Source: an uncultured bacterium (GTDB lineage: Bacteria; Krumholzibacteriota; Krumholzibacteriia; LZORAL124-64-63). From it: DNA of 64,000 nt. The stretch is from the NCBI GenBank assembly GCA_963727525.1, contig CAVSGO010000007.1:160001-224000 (forward strand), given 5' to 3'. The notes beneath the pieces are model-generated. The model saw only the letters and a list, made by a program, of their open reading frames with translations, was not told where the DNA came from and searched no databases. Below, piece after piece: positions 50,199-61,140 of this stretch; the first letter of the stretch is position 1; the number at the start of each line of letters is the position of its first letter. The position numbers and the translations under genes are program-made.

Positions 50199-52645
50199 GC
50201 CAGGCGCCTCCCGGTGAGCCGGTATGCGGTCAACGTGACCACCGTGACGGAGCTGAGCGGCATGAGGATGGCGGCCACCACCGGCGTGACCAGACCGGCC
50301 AGGCATAGCGCGACGGCCGCGAGATTGTAGACCGCGGCGATTGCCAGGTTCACGCGTACGATGCTGCGCAGATGCCGGGCGGCGAAGAGGGCGCGGCGCA
50401 GCGCTGCGATGCCGTCGCCCAGGAAGTAGAAGTCGGCCTTGCCGGGCAAGACGGGGCGGTCGACGGCGGGGGTCGCGGCGCAGAGCGCGGCGGCGAACGC
50501 AGGGCTGTCGTTGAGACCGTCGCCGACCATGAGTGTGTCGCGATCGTCGAGGGCGCGGACGCGGGCGGCCTTGGCCTCGGGGCTGAGCCCGCCGAGCGCT
50601 TGCGCCGGCGCGATGCCCAGGTGCACGGCCGCGGCCCGCACGCGCGCCGGCGCATCGCCGCTGAGCAGGTGCAGGTCGTACCCGGCGCGCTGCAGAGCCG
50701 CCACCTCGCTCGCGGCATCGGCCTTCAGATCCTCGCGCAGCGGGAGTCGTGCCAGGACGGTCCCGTCGACGCCGAACATCGTGACGAGATCGTCGGCAGC
50801 ATCATCGCGCGCACCGGTGACGAAGGCGGGGCGCCCGAGGCGGTACCCATGGCCGCCGTGCGCGAGGCTCAGGCCCTGTCCTGGATGCTCGCGCACCGCC
50901 TCGGCTGCCACGGCGAGCCCGGCATCCACCGCGCCGTCCTCGCAGCGCCGGGCGCGCAGGGCGGCGGCGAGGCAACGGCTCACCGGATGGTTGCTGCGTG
51001 CGGTCATCTCCAGGAGGATGGCGCGTCGGTCCCCGGACAGGTCGGCGAGGGCGGTCTCGGCGTTCGGCGTGGTGGCCAGCTCGCCGAGGGTGAGCGTGCC
51101 CGTCTTGTCGAGGAGGATCTTGCGCACACGCAGGGCTTTCTCCAGGAAGTCCTCCTGGCGCAGGAGCACGCCGCGTCGGCGCAGAGCGTGGTGCACGAGT
51201 TCTTCGGCCAGCGGCGTGGCCAGACCCAGGGCGCAGGGGCACGTCACCACGAGCACCGCCACCACCACCGGCAGCGCCGCGCCCAGGCCATGTGGCAACC
51301 ACAGCGCGAAGCCCGCGGCGGCCGCGAAGAGTACCGCGCTCACGTAGATGCTGCTCACGCGGTGCCACCACACGGGACGGAAATCGCCGCCGCGCTCGGC
51401 CGGGGCGCGTAGCAGCTCCTGCAGGCGGCTCGCGGCGAAGCTCTCCACGGCGGTGGCGGCGAATCCGTGTTTGCCGAGGTTGAAGGCGCCGGCCTGCACC
51501 ACCTCGCCGGGCTCCCGGGCCACGCGATCGCTCTCGCCGGTGATCCAGTCGAGCGACACCTCCGCTGCCTGGCGCAGCAGCACGCCGTCGACCGGCATCA
51601 CATCGCCCGGCGCGATCCACAGCTCGTCACCGCGATCGATCACGGTGGCGGCCACCGCCTGCAGGCCGCCGGCGTCGCGCCGCTTGACGGTGAGCTGGTC
51701 GGCGCCCGCCGCGTACAGCAGGGCGTTGCGATTGCGCTCGAGGACGTGCTGCTGGGCCCAGCGGCCCACGAGCATGAGGGTGATGAAGACGGTGAGCGTG
51801 TCGAAGTACGCCGCGCGCGGACCGCGCGCGAGGAACGCGCCCACGCTGCCGGCCCACGCCAGCACGATGCCCAGGGAAATGGGCAGGTCGAGGTGCGCCA
51901 CGCGCGCCCGCAGTCCGGCCACGGCGCCGCGGAAGAACACCTGGCCACCCACGGCCGTGGCCAGCGTGCCGAGAGCCAGGCTCAACCAGCCGAAGAAGTG
52001 ATAGATGGCGCCATCCTGCGGCGCGAGCCCGAAGTAATAGCTCAGGCTGAACATCATGACATTGAGCGCGGCCGCCACGCAGATCGCCATGCGCACGAGC
52101 AGGCCCCGCGACGTACGCCGCGCTTGCTTCTGGGCCGGGCCCAGCCGGTAGCCGAATTTCTCGACGCTCGCGAGATAGTTGCGCAGCTCGCCCTGCGTGG
52201 GATCCCAGGCGAGGTCCACGGTGCCCAGGGTGGGGTTGATGCGAAGGTTCACGCCGCCGGGTTCGCGGCGGAACAGCTCCTCGATCAGCCATACGCAGGC
52301 CGCGCAGTGCACGCCCTGGATGTCGAGGCTGAGTTGCCACGGCCCCTGCTCGCGCTCCGTCGGCGGCAGGGCCTCGACCATGCGATCGAGCCAGGCCAGG
52401 CTGTCGAGACGCAGAGAGGCGGCGGGCGGCTGGGTCCCCTGGCGCAGGTCGTAGTAGCGCGTGAGCCCGTCATTCTGGATCAGTTCGTACACCGAGCGGC
52501 AACCGCGGCAGCAGAAAGGGCCGTCCTGGGGGCGCCAGAATCGGTCGAGCGGGCTGCCGCAATGCAGGCAGTCCCGGGGCTTCTCCTCGGCTGTCATGGC
52601 GGTCCGGTGCTCGTCACCGGGCCAGTCGACAGGCAGCGCGGGCAT
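50186..52645 (-). CDS. ccoI: P1B-type Cu ATPase CcoI/FixI
   Basis: Motifs CLHCG..FCC.GC, HCAACVWLIE, TGES, CPCALGLATP, DKTGTLT, HP, GDGLND and YN....MP.SS. Confidence 0.9.
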   Translation of the reverse strand: MPALPVDWPGDEHRTAMTAEEKPRDCLHCGSPLDRFWRPQDGPFCCRGCRSVYELIQNDGLTRYYDLRQGTQPPAASLRLDSLAWLDRMVEALPPTEREQGPWQLSLDIQGVHCAACVWLIEELFRREPGGVNLRINPTLGTVDLAWDPTQGELRNYLASVEKFGYRLGPAQKQARRTSRGLLVRMAICVAAALNVMMFSLSYYFGLAPQDGAIYHFFGWLSLALGTLATAVGGQVFFRGAVAGLRARVAHLDLPISLGIVLAWAGSVGAFLARGPRAAYFDTLTVFITLMLVGRWAQQHVLERNRNALLYAAGADQLTVKRRDAGGLQAVAATVIDRGDELWIAPGDVMPVDGVLLRQAAEVSLDWITGESDRVAREPGEVVQAGAFNLGKHGFAATAVESFAASRLQELLRAPAERGGDFRPVWWHRVSSIYVSAVLFAAAAGFALWLPHGLGAALPVVVAVLVVTCPCALGLATPLAEELVHHALRRRGVLLRQEDFLEKALRVRKILLDKTGTLTLGELATTPNAETALADLSGDRRAILLEMTARSNHPVSRCLAAALRARRCEDGAVDAGLAVAAEAVREHPGQGLSLAHGGHGYRLGRPAFVTGARDDAADDLVTMFGVDGTVLARLPLREDLKADAASEVAALQRAGYDLHLLSGDAPARVRAAAVHLGIAPAQALGGLSPEAKAARVRALDDRDTLMVGDGLNDSPAFAAALCAATPAVDRPVLPGKADFYFLGDGIAALRRALFAARHLRSIVRVNLAIAAVYNLAAVALCLAGLVTPVVAAILMPLSSVTVVTLTAYRLTGRRLAWMS

Positions 52646-52714
52646 CGGTTCCTCTCGGCTGGTGGCGGGAAGGTCTCGGGGCAACGGCTCGCTCCCCGCT
52701 CGGAGGCCGGCTCA

Positions 52715-52743
52715 ATAGTAGAGGGAAAGACTCCGCAGGTCAA
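52715..52743 (-). promoter_or_regulatory. Putative sigma70 promoter of the cco operon
   Basis: The minus strand reads TTGACC-17 nt-TACTAT. Confidence 0.6.
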
Positions 52744-52771
52744 ACGCCGGCGGCGACTTAGGCGATCTTGA

Positions 52772-53548
52772 TCACCAGAATACGACTTCACCCAGACGCA
52801 CATGGCCGATCCAGCCGAACGCCGCGGCCCCCCTCAGGGCGAGTTGCAGGCCGATGACCACGACCAGGGCGGCTCCCGCCCGGTTGAATCGCCGCCGCAG
52901 GGTCGGACCCAGGCGACCCGCCCCCAGACCCAGGGCGACAAGCACCGGCACCGTTCCGGCCCCGTAGAGGGCCATGGCTCCCGCGCCCGCCGCCGGACGC
53001 GCCACGGCCAGCGTCGCCACGGCCATGGCGTACACCGGGCCACACGGGAGCAGGCCGTTGGCCGCGCCCAGAAGGAAGCGCCCGCCGGTGCGTCGCGTGC
53101 CCAGGAAACCCCGTACCCGCCCGATCACGGCACCCCCCAGGCGGCTGCTCTCGACCCAGCGCTGGGTGGGCAGCCACCCCACCAGCCCCATTCCCAGGGC
53201 CAGCATCGTCAGGCCCACGACGAGTGACAGCCCGCCCTGCAGGGTCACCCGCCCGCCCAGTTGCGCCACCGATCCCACGAGGCCAAAAACGAGGCCGATC
53301 GCCGCGTAGGCGGTCACGCGGCCCAGGTGGTAGACGGTCAGCGCCGGCAACAGGGCGTACCACGGCCGCGCACCGGCGAGCGCGACGGTCCCGGGCCCGC
53401 TGGCGCACTGCGCCGTGGCGTAGGCGCCCACGAGAGGGCCGCACATGCCGATGCAGTGGCCGAAGCTCATGAGGAAGCCGGTGCTCAGGAAGAGCAGGGC
53501 GTCCAGAGTCGGCACGCTCGGCAATAATCCGGGATGACAGCAATCCAT
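52772..53548 (-). CDS. DsbD_2 / TauE-SafE family membrane protein (cbb3-associated)
   Basis: Motifs GHCIGMCGP, YHLGR..Y, GLLPCGPVY and G.GTVP. Confidence 0.85.
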   Translation of the reverse strand: MDCCHPGLLPSVPTLDALLFLSTGFLMSFGHCIGMCGPLVGAYATAQCASGPGTVALAGARPWYALLPALTVYHLGRVTAYAAIGLVFGLVGSVAQLGGRVTLQGGLSLVVGLTMLALGMGLVGWLPTQRWVESSRLGGAVIGRVRGFLGTRRTGGRFLLGAANGLLPCGPVYAMAVATLAVARPAAGAGAMALYGAGTVPVLVALGLGAGRLGPTLRRRFNRAGAALVVVIGLQLALRGAAAFGWIGHVRLGEVVFW

Positions 53549-53628
53549 CGGGGCGACCTCCCGTCGCTCCGGCAAGGATGCCTCACGAACGCGCCGTGAT
53601 CAAGCGCGGGTGCGCGCTGATCCGGCGA

Positions 53629-55311
53629 TCATTTCACGAGCAAGACTTTCATCTGCCGAACCCGTTCGCCTGCGCGCAGTCTTAGCACGTATGGTCCGCT
53701 CGCGCAGCGGCGACCGCCATCGTCGTGGCCATCCCAGCGCACGGTCGCCACACCGGCCGGTCGCGTGCCGTCGACGAGAGCGCGCACCCGCCGTCCCGCA
53801 GCGTCGTACACGGCCAGTTCGACGGAACCTGCTACCGGGACCGCGTAGGTGACGGTCGTCAGCGGATTGAACGGATTCGGCGCGCATTGCAGGCGCAACC
53901 CGGCGACCGCCGGCGTATCGTGCACAGGCGTACTCTGCAGGGCCTGGATCGCGGCGAACGCGTTCACCTTCACGCCCAACGGTTGGTCATAGGCCGCCAT
54001 ATCGCCGGTGTCGATGAGGTGCTGGCGCACCTGCGCCGGCGTGAGGCCGGCACTGGCACTGTGGATCAGGCCGCACACGCCGGCCACGAGCGGACACGCC
54101 ATGGATGTGCCGTCGCAGTACATGTACGGGTTGGTGCCGTCCCACTCGTAGAGGAGGGTGTAGAGCAGGCCCGTGAGGAAGTCGAACTCGTAGTTCGTCT
54201 GGATCGTCGACCAGATGTGCTCGCCCGGGGCGTTCACCGTGACCCAGTTGCCGTAGGACGAGAAACTCGAGCGCTGACCGTTGTTGCTGGTGGAACCCAC
54301 CGAGATCACGCCGTCGCAGGCCGCGGGATACACGAGCGAGGCGTCGTTGTTGTTGCCTGCCGCGGCGACGCAGACGATGTCCGCCGCGGTAGCCTGGTCG
54401 ATCAGATTCTGGAAGAACGCCGCGGCGCCCCCCTCGTCGGGTCCGCCGAAGCTCATAGAGACCACGTCGGCTCCGTTGTCGATGGCGTAGAGGAAGGCCT
54501 CGGTGATCGCCGCGTCGGTGAACGCGCTGTTCGAGTCGACGATCTTCAGCGGCATGAGGCGGCAACCACCGGCCGCGCCGGCCACGCCCACCCCGTTGTC
54601 CGTGACGGCGGCTGCGATTCCCGCGCAATGCGTCCCGTGGAATCCCACGTCGAGTCCCTGCTCGAGCGTCGTGTGCGGGCGCGCGTCGGCGTCGTGGTTG
54701 CCGAAATCCCAGCCGCGTACGTCGTCCACGTAGCCGTTGCCGTCGTCGTCGAGGCCGTTGCCGGCCACCTCGCCGGAATTCGTCCACACGCTGCCCGCAA
54801 GGTCGGGATGGCTCCAGTCGACACCGGTGTCCATGATCGCGATCACCGTGCTCGCGACTCCCAGCCCGAGGTCCCAGGCTTCGGCGAGATGAATGCCGGC
54901 GCTGTTGCCCGGCTGCAGGTGCCACTGATTACCGAAGTAGGGATCGTTTGGAACCAGGAAGAGCTGCCGCAGTCCGTTCACCGCGGCCACGGCGATCTCG
55001 GGGCGCGAGGCGAGCGCGGCCGCGGCCTCGGCCTCGTCGAGGTCGGGATCGTCGCTCTGCAGGAGCAGATAGCGGCGATCGCGGTCGACCAGTGGACCGA
55101 TCTTGTGCACGATGGTGGTGCCGCGTACGAAACCCCGCGTAACGAGCGCAGCATCGAGTCCGGGGGAGGCCGCGGCGAGCTGGCCGTTCGCCGTCACGCG
55201 CAGCGCGTCGGGATGATCGAGGACAACGAGAACCTGGCCGGGCACGTGCGCGGCGAGGGCCGGCAAGGCCGCGGCGAGCATGAGGACGGGAAGGGCGAGT
55301 CGTAAGCGCAT
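53629..55311 (-). CDS. Secreted S8 (subtilisin-like) serine peptidase with FlgD-type C-terminal domain
   Basis: Catalytic triad motifs IMDTG, HGTHCAG and GTSMACP; NGLDDDGNGYVDD insert; C-terminal PNPFNP.TT..VYD.AGR.VR.L..WDG.D. Confidence 0.92.
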   Translation of the reverse strand: MRLRLALPVLMLAAALPALAAHVPGQVLVVLDHPDALRVTANGQLAAASPGLDAALVTRGFVRGTTIVHKIGPLVDRDRRYLLLQSDDPDLDEAEAAAALASRPEIAVAAVNGLRQLFLVPNDPYFGNQWHLQPGNSAGIHLAEAWDLGLGVASTVIAIMDTGVDWSHPDLAGSVWTNSGEVAGNGLDDDGNGYVDDVRGWDFGNHDADARPHTTLEQGLDVGFHGTHCAGIAAAVTDNGVGVAGAAGGCRLMPLKIVDSNSAFTDAAITEAFLYAIDNGADVVSMSFGGPDEGGAAAFFQNLIDQATAADIVCVAAAGNNNDASLVYPAACDGVISVGSTSNNGQRSSFSSYGNWVTVNAPGEHIWSTIQTNYEFDFLTGLLYTLLYEWDGTNPYMYCDGTSMACPLVAGVCGLIHSASAGLTPAQVRQHLIDTGDMAAYDQPLGVKVNAFAAIQALQSTPVHDTPAVAGLRLQCAPNPFNPLTTVTYAVPVAGSVELAVYDAAGRRVRALVDGTRPAGVATVRWDGHDDGGRRCASGPYVLRLRAGERVRQMKVLLVK

Positions 55312-55371
55312 GGGGGAACTCCTTTGTCGGAGGTTGGCGTTTGCCGCGATGATAGCAGATGCCTCCGCGAC

Positions 55372-56732
<1,361 letters not shown>

Positions 56733-56733
<1 letters not shown>

Positions 56734-57788
56734 CAAGCCCCCTCACTTACGAAAGGCAGCTGGACGACGACGCGTGCGCCGGGCGAATGCGTCTCGTCGA
56801 CGGTGAGCCGCCCCCCGTGATCTCGCGCGATGCGCATGCCGGTGGCGAGGCCGAGGCCCGTGCCGCCCTCGCGCGTGGAGTAGAAGGGCGTGCCGAGCGC
56901 GGTCAGCGCTTCGCTCGTGAACCCGGGACCGGTGTCCGTGACGCAGAGGGCGATCGCCGCGTCGGTTCGCTCGAGCGCCAGGGACACCGTGCCGTCCGGG
57001 CCGGCGGCCGCTGCGGCGTTCAGGGCGAGGTTGAGCAGGAGCTGTCGCAATTGCACCGGATCGCCGGCCAGCGTCCAGGCGCCCGGGGGCACGTCGACAT
57101 CCACCCGGGGCGCGCCTTCGCGCGCGCGCAGCAGGTCGGCGATCTCGCGCAGTTCGAGGGCCAGGTCGACCGGCTGGCGCGTGCGGCCGGCCGGCCGGGC
57201 GAAATCGAGGAAGCGCGTGAGGACGTCGTTCAGGCGCGCGGCTTCCTCCTGCAGGATGTGCAGGAACCGGCTCTTGGGGTGTGCCGCGGGAAACTCGCTG
57301 GCCAGGATGTCGGCCGAACCCTTGATGCTGGCCAGGGGATTGCGGATCTCGTGCGCGAGGCCCGCCGAGAGCTTTCCCACGGCAGCCAGCCGCTCGCTGC
57401 GCACGAGCTCGCGCTGGGCCTGCTGCAGCCTTGCCAGCGCCGCACGCTGCCGGTCCACGAGCATACCGCACACCAGCCCGACTGCGAGGTATAGCACCAT
57501 CTCGAGGACCTTCTCCAGCGACGGCGCCGGATCGAAGCCGATGAGGCCGAAAGCATGGGGCACGTACATGGCGCACACCGCCACCGCGGTGAGCAGGCCC
57601 GCCCGCCGGCCGCCGCGGAACGCCGCGATGATGATCGGGAAGTAGTAGAGACGCCGGTAGATGCCATGCAGCGCGTGCACGTGCATTGCCGTGTTGTAGT
57701 GCAGCAGCGACACGAGCAGCACCATGGCGCCGATCGTGGCGTACCTCGTCGTCCAGTTTCGTAGGCTGTGTGCGCCGGTTGTCGCCAT
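56733..57788 (-). CDS. Membrane sensor histidine kinase with His-rich intramembrane input domain
   Basis: About four TM segments containing LHY..MHVHALH and YVPH; kinase motifs AHEIRNPL, NLALNA, DTGPG and GTGLGL. TGATG overlap with the regulator. Confidence 0.9.
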
Positions 57789-57803
57789 CACCTCGCTCCG
57801 GAC

Positions 57804-57852
57804 TGCACAATAGTCTCCATTGTCGTGCCCCAACATTGGCGAATATTCTCCA
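57804..57852. promoter_or_regulatory. Paired activator-binding sites (UAS)
   Basis: TGCACAATAGTCTCCA (57804-19) and the near-palindrome TGGCGAATATTCTCCA (57837-52) start 33 bp apart. Confidence 0.5.
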
Positions 57853-57901
57853 GGTCGCACCTTGTCAGAAGCCAACTCGCTGTCAATCATGGGCTTGCGT
57901 T

Positions 57902-57918
57902 CTGGCGCGCCCCTTGCC
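57902..57918 (+). promoter_or_regulatory. sigma54 (-24/-12) promoter of the efflux operon
   Basis: CTGGCGC-GCCCC-TTGC, with an IHF-like AATCATGGGCTTG at 57885-57897. Confidence 0.7.
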
Positions 57919-57954
57919 CTCCCTGGCCGGACCCTTAACCGAAGGATGGCGGCC

Positions 57955-58086
57955 ATGGCCCTCTTACTGAATCTCCTGGTGGTGGCGATCCTGGCCGCGC
58001 TGGTCTGGCGGGCGGTGCGAGACGACGCTCCGGAACCCATGGACCACCCGTACCGGGACGACACCAAGCGAGGCGACGATGCGTGA
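57955..58086 (+). CDS. 43-aa single-TM small protein at the head of the efflux operon
   Basis: AAGGA RBS; MALLLNLLVVAILAALVWRAVRDDAPEPMDHPYRDDTKRGDDA; overlaps the TolC start. Confidence 0.5.
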   Translation: MALLLNLLVVAILAALVWRAVRDDAPEPMDHPYRDDTKRGDDA

Positions 58087-59431
58087 CCCCTGGAAATGGC
58101 TGCTCATCGTGCTCCTGTCCCTTGCCGTCGGCGCCATGCCGGACCCCGCCGGTGCGGCCGACGACGCGCCGGCGTTCGCCGACCTCGGGGTGCGCTTCTC
58201 GGTGACGCCCGTCGACTCGTTGCCGACCGCGGCCGACCTCGCCACCTACGTGGGTTACGCGCTCGCGCATCATCCCGAGCTGGCAGCCGCTCGCGCCACC
58301 TGGCGCGCCAGCGGAGCCGCCGCGCGCGCGGCCGGCGGACTGCCCGATCCCCACCTGGGCTGGGGCGAGATGGTGCAGAGTGTGGAGACGCGCGTGGGCC
58401 CGCAGGAGCGCGTGCTGTCGCTGCAGCAGTCGCTGCCCTGGTTCGGCACGCTCGGTGCCCGACGCCGGGCGGCGAGCGACCGTGCCGATGCCGCCGGGGC
58501 ACGTCTCGCCCAGGCGGCGCTCGCGGTCATGGGCGACGTGAAGGACGCCTGGTACGACGCCGCGTTCCTCGCGGAGAGCATGCAAGTGACCCGTCGCCAT
58601 CTCGTCATCCTCGACCAGCTCGAGGCGGCTTCGCGCGCGGCGTACGAGAGCGGCGGCGGCGGCTACGCCAACCTGCTGAAGGCCCAGATCGAGCGCACGC
58701 GCCTGCAGGAGCGCCTCGACGACCTCGCCGACCACCGCCGCGCCGTGGCGGCACGGCTCAACGCGGCTCTCGGCCGTCCCGTGGATGCGCCGCTGGCGCT
58801 GCCCGATTCGTTGCCAGCGACACGTCCGGCGGTACCCGACTCGGCGACGCTCCTGTCCCAGCAGGCGATGGTGCATCCCCAGCTCGTCGCGCGCGACCGC
58901 GAACGGGCTGCAGCCGCCGCCGACGTCGCTGCCGCTCGCAAACTCGGCTGGCCGTCGCTGACGCTCGGCGTCGACTGGATCCAGGTGGGCGCGGCGCGGA
59001 TGGACGGCGTGCCGGACAGCGGCAAGGATGCGGTCGTCGCGCGCCTCGGGCTGTCGCTGCCGGTCTGGCGCGGCAAGGTGGCTGGCGCCGTACAGTCAGC
59101 GAACAGCCGGGAGCGCGCGCAGGACGACCTGCGCCTCGCCGAGCAGCGCACCCTGGCGGCGAAGCTCGAGGGTGCGCTCGCCGACGTCGCCACGGCGCGG
59201 CGCCGGGACGACGTGCACGGGCGCGAGCTGATCCCGCGGGCGCGCCAGTCGCTCGCCTCGGTCCAGGCCGCGTACGCCGCTGGCAGCGCCGGTTTTCTCG
59301 ACGTGCTGGAAGCGGAACGCACGCTCCTCGATCTCGACCTCGCCGCGCGCATGGCCCGCCGCGATCTGTGGCAGGCGGCGACCCGGGTGGAGACTCTCAC
59401 AGCCATGCCCATGACGGGCAGGAGCGAATGA
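58079..59431 (+). CDS. TolC/CusC-family outer membrane efflux protein
   Basis: Signal peptide, HPELAAAR..LPDP.L, Q.LPWFG, LSLPVW and Y.AG..FLDVLEAER. Confidence 0.88.
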   Translation: MRDPWKWLLIVLLSLAVGAMPDPAGAADDAPAFADLGVRFSVTPVDSLPTAADLATYVGYALAHHPELAAARATWRASGAAARAAGGLPDPHLGWGEMVQSVETRVGPQERVLSLQQSLPWFGTLGARRRAASDRADAAGARLAQAALAVMGDVKDAWYDAAFLAESMQVTRRHLVILDQLEAASRAAYESGGGGYANLLKAQIERTRLQERLDDLADHRRAVAARLNAALGRPVDAPLALPDSLPATRPAVPDSATLLSQQAMVHPQLVARDRERAAAAADVAAARKLGWPSLTLGVDWIQVGAARMDGVPDSGKDAVVARLGLSLPVWRGKVAGAVQSANSRERAQDDLRLAEQRTLAAKLEGALADVATARRRDDVHGRELIPRARQSLASVQAAYAAGSAGFLDVLEAERTLLDLDLAARMARRDLWQAATRVETLTAMPMTGRSE

Positions 59432-59432
59432 T

Positions 59433-61139
59433 ATGAGCAAGCGCATGATCCTCGGAATCGGCGTAGTCGTCGTGGTGGCCGCGTTCGGACTCGGACACCT
59501 CGCTGGGCGTGGAACCCATGGCGATGCCCCCGTGGCGACGGCGGTGCCGGCGGACGCGGCGGCGACTGTGTGGACCTGCAGCATGCACCCGCAGATCAAG
59601 CTGCCACATCCCGGCAAGTGCCCCATCTGCTTCATGGACCTCATCCCGCTCGTGGCTGAGCCGGCCAACGCAGGCCTGGGGCCTCGCGACCTCGTGTTGT
59701 CGCCAAATGCGGCGGCCCTGGCCGAGATCGAGACGACTCCCGTGCGCCGCGCCGCCGCGACCCGCAACGTCGATCTGGTGGGCAAGATCGCCGCCGACGA
59801 GACCCGCACGCGCGTGCTCACGGCCCGGGTGGCTGGTCGCCTCGACCGCCTCCACGTCGATGTCACCGGCCAGGTGGTCCGCGAGGGGCAACCGCTCGCG
59901 GAGATCTACAGCCCGCGTCTCTTTGCCGCGCACGCCGAGCTGATCGCGGCTCGGCAGGCGGCCGATCGTGGGGAGCCCGGCGCTGCGGAGAATCTCGCAA
60001 GCGTGCGCGAACGCCTGCACCTGCTGGGACTGCCGTCCGCGCAGATCGACGCCATGGAGACGGCGTCGGCGAGCGACCACGTCACCCTGCCCGCGCCGCT
60101 GGCGGGCGTCGTGGTGCATCGCGCGGTTCTCGAGGGCGCCTACGTGCAGGAAGGGTCGCCGCTGTTCACGATCGCCGACCTGTCACAGGTTTGGGTGGAG
60201 CTGCAGGCCTACGAATCGGACCTGGCGTGGCTCCACGAGGGGCAGTCCGCCGACTTCACCGTCACGGCGTTGCCGGGCCGCACGTTCCATGGCACCGTGG
60301 TGCTCATCGATCCGGTCCTCGATCCCACGACCCGCACGGTGCGTGTGAGGCTGAATGCCGCCAACCCAGACGGCAGCCTGAAGCCGGGGATGCTGGTCCG
60401 CGGTCGGGTCATGAGTGCGCTTGCGGGCGCGGTGTCGTCGCCACTTCTGATCCCCGCGACGGCGCCGTTGCTCACCGGCAAACGCGCCGTCGTCTATGTG
60501 AGGCTGCCGGGTGATGAACCGCATTTCCAGGGCCGCGAGGTCACGCTGGGTCCGCGGACGAACGATGGCTACGTGGTGCTTTCCGGACTGCGCGAGGGCG
60601 AGCAGGTCGTCACGCACGGCGCGTTCAAGATCGACAGTGCGCTGCAGATCCTCGCGCGGCCGAGCATGATGTCCGAACCTAGCGAGGAGGAACCGCAGCC
60701 GATGGCCGATATGGCGGCCCCCACCGCGGCGGCCGAACCCGTCCCCGCCGCGGCCGTCGACGCTTACCTCGCATTGCAGGCTGCACTCGCCGGCGACGAC
60801 GACGGCGTGGCGCGGGATGCGGCGAGGCGCCTCACAGCGGCCATCCCCGCCGCCGACCTGTCCGACCTGGACCGACTCGCGCGGGCCACGGCCGAGGCCG
60901 CCGACCTTGCCGCGCGGCGCGAAGCTTTCTCGCCCCTGTCCGATCGGCTGTGGGGCGCCCTGAGCAGCGGTGGCTGGCAAGGCGACACGGCGCTACGCCG
61001 TTTCCACTGCCCGATGGCCTTCGACAGCCGCGGCGCCGACTGGGTACAGACCGATACCACCACCGCCAACCCGTACTACGGCGCGACGATGCTGCGCTGC
61101 GGCAGCGAGACGGCCGTCCTTACGCCCAAGGAGCATTGA
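59433..61139 (+). CDS. cusB: CusB-like RND periplasmic adaptor with heavy-metal-binding and DUF3347-like domains
   Basis: WTCSMHPQI....GKCPIC.MDL, IADLS.VWV..YESDL, TRT..VR..N.DG.LKPGM, and C-terminal HCPMA..GA.W..NPYYG..ML.CG. Confidence 0.85.
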   Translation: MSKRMILGIGVVVVVAAFGLGHLAGRGTHGDAPVATAVPADAAATVWTCSMHPQIKLPHPGKCPICFMDLIPLVAEPANAGLGPRDLVLSPNAAALAEIETTPVRRAAATRNVDLVGKIAADETRTRVLTARVAGRLDRLHVDVTGQVVREGQPLAEIYSPRLFAAHAELIAARQAADRGEPGAAENLASVRERLHLLGLPSAQIDAMETASASDHVTLPAPLAGVVVHRAVLEGAYVQEGSPLFTIADLSQVWVELQAYESDLAWLHEGQSADFTVTALPGRTFHGTVVLIDPVLDPTTRTVRVRLNAANPDGSLKPGMLVRGRVMSALAGAVSSPLLIPATAPLLTGKRAVVYVRLPGDEPHFQGREVTLGPRTNDGYVVLSGLREGEQVVTHGAFKIDSALQILARPSMMSEPSEEEPQPMADMAAPTAAAEPVPAAAVDAYLALQAALAGDDDGVARDAARRLTAAIPAADLSDLDRLARATAEAADLAARREAFSPLSDRLWGALSSGGWQGDTALRRFHCPMAFDSRGADWVQTDTTTANPYYGATMLRCGSETAVLTPKEH

Positions 61140-61140
61140 G

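Noticed and set aside
52762-52775. FNR box upstream of the cco operon (also TTGAT half sites near 53600)
   Set aside because: Only half sites or three or more mismatches to TTGAT-N4-ATCAA.
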